A stretch of DNA of 63,651 nt, the filler included, from Globobulimina sp. (lineage: Eukaryota): NCBI GenBank assembly GCA_003354225.1. It is 25 parts of 25 records of this genome, joined end to end, with 100 filler letters (N's around TTAATTAATTAA, not from the genome) between each part and the next. Parts side by side here need not be neighbours in the genome. Positions count along the whole stretch, not along the records: positions 56,108 to 58,555 come from PIVH01006643.1; positions 58,656 to 61,103 come from PIVH01006644.1; positions 61,204 to 63,651 come from PIVH01006645.1; 22 more parts are not named here. One strand, given 5' to 3'. Under the pieces are notes generated by a model. That model did not search any database. It had not been told where the DNA came from and saw only the letters and a program-made list of their open reading frames with translations. The position numbers and the translations under genes were made by a program. This document shows, piece after piece, positions 56,330 to 63,651 of the stretch. Within the stretch, counting starts at the first letter, position 1, and each line of letters starts with the position of its first letter.

Positions 56330-58365
56330 ATGATAAACAATCAAATAATAAATACCAAACACCGATGCAATCATTCATGGATCCAAATGCTAAAACACCT
56401 ATCAACAATAACCGAAAACAACACAGTTAATTTGGCTTTGCTTTTGATGCAGTGATGCATTCATTGTGCAAGGATAATACATATAAAAAATAGACAGTAA
56501 AACACAGTGGCGATTATGGGATAATACAAACAGTAAAGCGTTAAGTTTGCATGCATCGGTACTCAAGAACTTGAATTCCGAAAAAGTGAAAGCATCAGAA
56601 CTGCAAACCTCATATGTTGAGGACTATGATATTGCAGCGCCTTTAATACCATACACTCGATTATCATGGGAAGAAGAATGCGAATCATCATCATTTCAAG
56701 CAAAACATTATTATGATTATCTCATCAATGAAAATGAAATTGATTTTGTTTTCCCTGCCAATGATAGGGAATTATATCGTTTATTTCATTCGAAAGAGTT
56801 TCTAACTCATGTTACTATTTATTTATTTATCTATCTATCTATCTATATATCTTTATTTGATACATCATATATTAATAATATATATATATAATTAGTGGGA
56901 TACATCATTTTTAAATGATGAGTATTGGGATTTAGTACTTGCTCTTGACAGCGAACAGGAGTCTGCAAAATCTGTGGCTTACTTAAAGAAGAAATATGAT
57001 GAGTTTAATAATGAGAATAATGATGGAAGCGAAAGAAGATTAGCTTATGTACCTTCTGCTAATCCGAATAAATATTTTGATTTTAATGGATTAACCTCAG
57101 ATTTAGAATTGTTTAGTAAGAATGTAGAGAGCATAGGAAAGAATGGATTATATTGGTATACGTCGGAGGATTGTGTTCATCACAAATCATGTGATGTATA
57201 TGCAATAAATCGCGTATTATCCAAATCGAAACTAATTCCATGCAAAGAGATACTGACTGAAATACTGCCGCCGTTATATCAATGCATTAAAGCGCATGGC
57301 AAAGACTGTGAAAATGTGATTGACAGTGGTTATTTTCGGATAATAATGAAAACATTCTATGCCAAAACTGGTGAAAACATTGTGATTAAAATGATGAAAC
57401 CTAAATCCATTAAGAAAGACCGCGATTATATTCGACATATTCGCGAATCGATCTTATTGGGACATTTATATGATTTGGAGCAGAAATATTTGGATGCGGA
57501 GAAAACATCTTTTATGCAATCATTAAGTAACGGCGAGTCGGTGAAAAAAAGGGGCTTTTATTATGTTGAGGAGTATGGACATTGTGTAACACCGCTATGG
57601 ATATCTGTATCGCCGCTGTATAAAATGCCATTGGATAAATGGATACTAAATGGATATGCAAAAGCATCTGCTTTGGCCAAATTGGTGTTTATGAGTTTAC
57701 AAATTTCTTATTCTGTTGAATTATTGCATACTTTGCCAGGTGGTCCTTTCCATCACACTGACATTCAGCCGAGGCAATTTTTATTGGATGATAATGATAA
57801 TGTATTTATCAATGATTTTAATCGCGGCAAGTTCCAACCATATTATTTTGATGGCGAGCACGCGAAAATTGAGAAATGTTGGTATTGTGGTCATAGATCG
57901 AGAGGGCATTGGAGAGCGCCGGAAGAACCCAAAAAGCGACCATTAAATGAAAAATTGGATATTTTCAGTATGGGATTGACAATCTGGGCGTTATATAGTA
58001 ATGAGATTCCATTTCGAGAAGCAACATTTGATGATTTGACCTTTCTTTATTATGATTTAAGAAGAATTCCTCCAATGCCTCAAAACATGCCACCTGCTAT
58101 AAAAGATATTGTACTTTCATGTTTAAAATGGGATCCAAGGCAAAGACCAACTGCTTCCACAGTGGTTAGTATGTTGGAAGAAATTTATTTTATCAATTTA
58201 GATGTGGTTACTGAAGGATTTCAACATATTACATCACAGGAACTATTGGATCAAAATTTTTGGTCTGAAACAAATTATCCTCCCAAAAACAAACGGGAAA
58301 CAAATCAAGTATTCCAGGGAGCTATCCATCCCCCGTGGTTTCCCCCGCAATACAGTAATGTTTGA
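56330..58365 (+). CDS. Atypical protein kinase (HTDIQPRQ / DFN), multi-exon; start not resolved
   Basis: GYFR, VIK, RES, HTDIQPRQFL, NDFNR, WRAPEE, KLDIFSMG, RPT; intron 56811-56895 and another at about 56426-56493. Confidence 0.8.
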
Positions 58366-58472
58366 GATAGGAAGGAGCCAAAACTTCATAACTGTGAAAT
58401 CTAAATCTTTGAAATAAAAAAAAGGACAAATAACTCAAATTTTTTAATATCTTTCGTCATTAGGGGTTGTTC

Positions 58473-58555
58473 TTATATTGCGCAATATAAAGAGGCTGGG
58501 CAATCTAAATAGTTTCTAAAATAGTAACTAAATAGTTGCTAAATAGTTGCTGAAT
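58473..58555. repeat. 18-bp perfect palindrome followed by ~11-bp tandem repeats at the contig end
   Basis: TTATATTGCGCAATATAA at 58473-58490; CTAAATAGTTG-like units about four times from 58506. Confidence 0.7.
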
Positions 58556-58655
58556 NNNNNNNNNNNNNNNNNNNNNNNNNNNNNNNNNNNNNNNNNNNNT
58601 TAATTAATTAANNNNNNNNNNNNNNNNNNNNNNNNNNNNNNNNNNNNNNNNNNNN

Positions 58656-61103
58656 GATCTCCATCGAGAAAAAAGCAGCCAACGCGCGATATAATAATCG
58701 TGATAATAGCGGTAAATATCCATTCGAGTTGGAGCTGAATGCCGTATGTCTGAACAAACCGATACTTGAGATTCGCGGTCTGATCGCACAGAAATTACGG
58801 AAGGAAAATGCGCGATTTGTGCAATTGTATCGGAAAGCAGGCAGCGATGGGTTTGTATTGATGGAAGAACACACTTTGCCGTACTTGACGTGTAACGATT
58901 TAATCTCAGATATTACCCTCAAGCCAAAGACAAAGGTGATTGAGCTGGAATATATCGTCCTGAATAATAACAGTAACCGCTATGACCGCCACAACCGGTC
59001 ATTTGCGAGTAAATATTGCGAGTATGGCAAATTTGTCAATTTGCAGTATTTGTTATCCTCTGGCTTTGCGCCGGTCGCCTTATCGGCACATCAGGTCTTG
59101 CGATATTTGGCTATCAATGGCAAATATCGCGACGAGTTAATCCGTGGCTGTTACAATCATACACAGAAATATTTTGACAGTCAGAAGCCGATTATGAATA
59201 TCTATAATATTGATATGTTGCGCTATTACGCCGATATGAAATGTATCACAAAGGAGGAGCAGCAGCGCAGCGATAAGATCATATTTCACATTTATAACAA
59301 GAATGTGTTCGATGTGCTGTTCAATGTGTTTATAAATCAGGTGCAATTAAGTGGGCATAACAATATGTACAGAATATTGCGCATTGAACAGTTTAATCGG
59401 TTATGTCACATGTTCCATGAGGTGAAAATGCCGCATTTTGACAGTCAGAGTCATGGCCATGGCGCTGCAGCGCAGAAGGAACATTTCCGAGTGATTAGCA
59501 ATTATACGAATAAAAGTAATGAGATCATGTTGAGTCTGATGAGCGCATTGGAGATCGCATTGAATTGCGATGTGACGCAACATATTAATTTATTCGATAT
59601 GACTTCGCCAAAACAAATGGAAGCTTTATTGGTCCAAACCATATCGAAATGTTTCACTTTGGCGGTGTATTTAATCCTGAACAAACCGCGTAATTTTGCT
59701 ACGCCTAAAAAAGCAGTCGATGAGAAATTGCAACATATTTTTTTAAGCGGATTGAAACATTTAAACAATTTAAAACGAGTTGTATTCAACACTCGAAACA
59801 ATAAATCCATTCGACGCACTTTGTACAATGGTTTGCGTCAATTTATACAGAACAATGCGAAATATATTGACAATATTTTGAGCATTTTGATCAAATTGAT
59901 TCCGAAATCAGTGTCGGATGTGAATGCGGCCCGGCATTGCAGTGGTTTTTTCAAATTGATAACGGATTTAATCATTGGCAGTAACCGGCAAAACAACGCA
60001 CAGAAATACATCGCGTATGTGTTGAAATATGTGTTTAATAAATTAGCAGACATTGCAGCTACGGCCAGTCAGCGACATGACAGCAAAGAGATATCGTCGT
60101 TATTGCAGTGCGCGAATAGATTGTATCCAATGTATAATCCAAATAATGAGTTAACGTTAGCACCGCAGGGCGATATCACGCTGTTACTCAACAAATGTTT
60201 GTTTGGCAGCACACATCAAGACATTCTATTATGTCCCTCGCATACTGAGGAAACTCGGAAAACCAGACAGCAGGCTTTTGCATTGTTGTTCAGCATCTTG
60301 GAGGTGTATAAGGATGCGAATTTGCTAAATATTTTGGTAGAATCCTTGCATAAACACTTAGATATTACCTCTCAACACATCGACGACGACGACGTGGATG
60401 GATACGACAACGAAGCAGATGAAAAGGAAAATATTCGCAAGGATTTTGTTGGTTTGCTCAATTTAGGTTTGATGTACATTTGTTTTATATATATGGAGAT
60501 GTAAAAATTTTTATTGTGTAATAGGTGCAACGTGTTATTTGAACTCTATATTGCAGCAATTATTTATGGTGCCGTCCTTTACAAATGAGATATTATCGGT
60601 GGCCAACAATAATAATATTGTGTATGAGCTGCAACGCGTTTTATTATCATTGCGTGAGTCGCATAAGAAATACTTGAATGCGACGGATTTCTGTAAATGT
60701 GTCAAGAATTCAGACGGGAACGCCATTGATTTCTATGAGCAGACTGATTGTCAGGAATCCTTAGTGTCGCTGTTCCAGCAGTTGGAGTCCTCGAATAATA
60801 ACAGTCAAACTCACGGCAATGGCATTAGAAATATATTGTATGAGCATTTTGGCTGCAAATTGAGATATTTGACCAAATGTAATCGCGGCCATATATTCAA
60901 GCGGGATGAGGACCATTTGGGTGGATTGGCATTGGCAGTCAAGGACTCTCCGAATTTATTGGATTCATTGAGCAAATTCACAGAGGGCGAGATTTTAGAT
61001 GGAGACAATAAATATTTGTGCGAGGAGTGTAACGGCAAAGTATCTGCCATTCGGCGGCAAACTATTTATATGCCTCCAAAACAGTTAATTTTATGTTTAA
61101 AAA
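58656..61103 (+). CDS. Large ubiquitin-specific protease (USP9/24/34-like), internal fragment
   Basis: Intron 60467-60524 gives GLLNL|GATCYLNSILQQLFM; EQTDCQE, GEILDGDNKYLCEEC. Confidence 0.9.
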
Positions 61104-61203
61104 NNNNNNNNNNNNNNNNNNNNNNNNNNNNNNNNNNNNNNNNNNNNTTAATTAATTAANNNNNNNNNNNNNNNNNNNNNNNNNNNNNNNNNNNNNNNNN
61201 NNN

Positions 61204-62359
61204 GATCACATCATCCAGCCAAGGGGCGCCACCCTGGCAAAATGCGGTTGTTTCGCAAATCAAAGGGTCGCAATTACATGGCGCCTCGAACCAATATGAT
61301 CCTACATAGAAACAATGCATTTTTATAGCGGAGATTCTTATATTTTACATATTGAAAAAAGCAGGGTTTATAAGTGTGGTTTAAATACCTTCCAATTGAA
61401 GAGCAGCAATGAATGGATTTGCTAACCATTGCGATTGATAAACCGCATCATAAATCAAATCAAAATCACATTCATTGTTACTTAATTCCAACGACATCCA
61501 ACATGACATATATTGAGACACAATATTATGTGATTGGGTATAAGTAATCTCCGGAATTAAATCCGTGTCCATTACGTGTGACGGTATATCACCAAACGCG
61601 TATTGCATATGCGACATACCACCAATTAGAATCACGGCCATATCTAATAAAGTTTTGTTATTTACAAAGGGATCATGTCCATTGGTCTTGTTTTTAATTA
61701 ATTGGATATAAAACTGTTCGATAACTCTGCTGATTCTTAGACAGCCGTCCAACTCACCGCCCAATGTCAACGTCGGTACTGTATAATTTACAATTAACTG
61801 CGTCGCATTATCCCTCCATTCACGAGTTACAAAGGCGGCATTTAACATTTGTCCGCGATAGATCCAGTCTGGATATATGGAGGTGTAGTTATGTTGATAT
61901 ATGCCACTGAATGATTGCAAGACTGCGCCGCCTAAACTATGGCCTGTGTTTTGCGGGGAAGACATATTTAATTTTGTTTATTTTGTTTACGGTGTTGTTG
62001 GCAATTTAACGATGGATTCATTGGATTGACAAACCTGCCATAAATATGGAGCTGTTTTTGGGTAATCCTTCGTTTTCCATTTTTGCAAATAAGATTGGTA
62101 ATATTTGGATAAATTCTTTAAGCGTTGGCATGTTGTCGATGAATGCAGGTAAACCGACATATAATGGCTGCGGGAACTTTGCTTGAATTGTTTCACATAG
62201 TGGCACATATTGAGAGGGTGAAATATCGGCACCATTCAAATATATCAAACCGACTGCTGGTCCTGGTTTGGAAATGTTTGCTGGTAATATGATATTTGAT
62301 GCATTTAGAACAATGCTGAATAATTGTAAACAAAAGAGTAGTCCAAGAGGGCGAGACAT
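61204..62359 (-). CDS. Secreted alpha/beta hydrolase, at least 3 exons, 3'-truncated
   Basis: Signal peptide; introns 61944-62034 (FMA|GHSLGG) and 61302-61388; GELDG (Asp), SHMQY (His). Confidence 0.85.
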
Positions 62360-62557
62360 TATCTTTTTCAGTTTTTTTCATTACTCTATGGCTTTCCAAA
62401 CAAAAATATCAATATAAATAGTTAAATAATAGAGAATAATTATAACACACAAAAAAAGGTAATATGTAAAATCAACAACACAAAAATGAATAAAAAAATA
62501 ACATTTCTCTGATGACACAAAACGAAATGTTAATTACTGTTTAGTTTCTAATTTCTA

Positions 62558-63651
62558 TCAAGATTGCCATCCCATTTTCCCTTTAATATAATCATTGGTC
62601 GTCAAAGATATCGAGGCTGATAATGGTGATTTAATCATCGCCAAAACAATCCCCCTATAAAAGCCTTTAATTCCTTGACTTCTCACAATAAATCTAACAG
62701 CATCCGCTGCTTTCATATGTTTTTGCATGTTTCCTCCGATAGTTTGAATCATTTGGGTTTGTCGCACATCTCTGCATTTACCAAAAACTTGCTGTTTCCG
62801 TCTGACGGTATCAAATGGATAAGATATAAATGTCGCAATCATTCCAGCTATTAACCCGATGGACAATCTGCCCGTCAATGGATAATGTGAGCTGTTCCAT
62901 TTTCGCATTTCTTCGGATTTTAATGTCTCATAAATACCAAATCCAATGCCAGCCCTAAATATAGAGCCAAACAAAGTTATTGCTAATCCGAAATAAAACC
63001 CATTTGTCCCTTCATTCGCGTAAATTGAGCGAAATGTGGTGTATATTGAGGGATATTCGATAGTTTCATATTGGACAGCTATGCGTACTCGAATCGTATC
63101 CAATGGATGACTCAAAATATGCGCTGACATTGAAGCGAAAGATCCGGCGAAAGCATTGTTGAATGAGCTAACTCCAACATGTTGGTTTAGAAAACGTCGA
63201 TATTTGGGATACAATGTAAATGTTAACATCGCATGAGGTATGTTTCTAAAACACGCAGAGGTGCTGCCCCGAAACAATCCGACCAATAAACCTTCGGATT
63301 TGATGATGTCTGCATATAATTGATATAAACTCAAGCGTTCGACCTTTGTGGCGGATTCCGACACTTGTTTCAAAAGTTTAACTCTGAATATTGGCTGCTT
63401 TGCAAATCTGATTGTAACATATTTATGGCCGGTTTCAGTATTATGATACTTTATATTAACATACGTTGCTGTTGTCGCTGCGATGGAACCGCTGATAATT
63501 GTTGTAAATGTCTCGGATGGTTGCTTGTGGGGGGCGAGCCCATTGTGAATTTTCTCAAAATTAGCAAAAAGATAAGTGAACTCAGATGACTCGCTGGACC
63601 AAACCGTCGAAAATTTAAAATATTTTTGGTATATTAACTGGATTTTGTTTT
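62558..63651 (-). CDS. Mitochondrial carrier (SLC25), 5'-truncated, with N-terminal extension
   Basis: HPLDTIRVR, YPFDTVRRK and variant QPIFRVK; intron 63408-63464 gives SGSIAATTAT|FAKQP; frame open to the window end. Confidence 0.92.
   Translation of the reverse strand, partial: NKIQLIYQKYFKFSTVWSSESSEFTYLFANFEKIHNGLAPHKQPSETFTTIISGSIAATTATYVNIKYHNTETGHKYVTIRFAKQPIFRVKLLKQVSESATKVERLSLYQLYADIIKSEGLLVGLFRGSTSACFRNIPHAMLTFTLYPKYRRFLNQHVGVSSFNNAFAGSFASMSAHILSHPLDTIRVRIAVQYETIEYPSIYTTFRSIYANEGTNGFYFGLAITLFGSIFRAGIGFGIYETLKSEEMRKWNSSHYPLTGRLSIGLIAGMIATFISYPFDTVRRKQQVFGKCRDVRQTQMIQTIGGNMQKHMKAADAVRFIVRSQGIKGFYRGIVLAMIKSPLSASISLTTNDYIKGKMGWQS

Noticed and set aside
2453-61203. Regularly spaced identical TTAATTAATTAA units resembling an array or CRISPR
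   Set aside because: They are synthetic linkers inside N-runs; the ~2.55-kb period comes from length-sorted contigs. ORFs ending in X...LIN are artefacts.

Overview
This is not one locus. It is 25 unrelated contigs of 2452 to 2448 bp, sorted by decreasing length and joined by artificial 100-nt linkers (N44-TTAATTAATTAA-N44), so neighbourhood arguments hold only within a contig. The DNA is AT-rich, gene-dense and eukaryotic, uses the standard code and has short GT-AG introns (about 49-91 nt). Splicing merges several track ORFs into single genes. The family mix (TRAF-like RING, HSPA12, Kelch, TLDc, MYND, R-S-E ART) suggests a foraminiferan or other rhizarian; this is inference. Recognisable genes include USB1, TFIIH p44, CFAP20, REV7, NVL, Gemin8-like, DNAJC17-like, two USPs, a WWE-PARP, a carboxylesterase and MATE, SLC17 and SLC25 transporters. 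Best leads: (1) a three-exon 607-aa ASCH + DnaQ-like DEDDh exonuclease fusion not visible in the ORF track; (2) an intronless, mobile-element-like USP contig preceded by a ~170-nt structured segment and a palindrome; (3) four long foldback elements, one with a Y-shaped three-way junction; (4) an intron-containing, secreted bacterial-type GH113; (5) a toxin-type R-S-E ADP-ribosyltransferase; (6) two small modules shared between unrelated proteins. Three genes look disrupted and a fourth has an internal in-frame stop. All family calls come from motif recognition by eye, not database searches.
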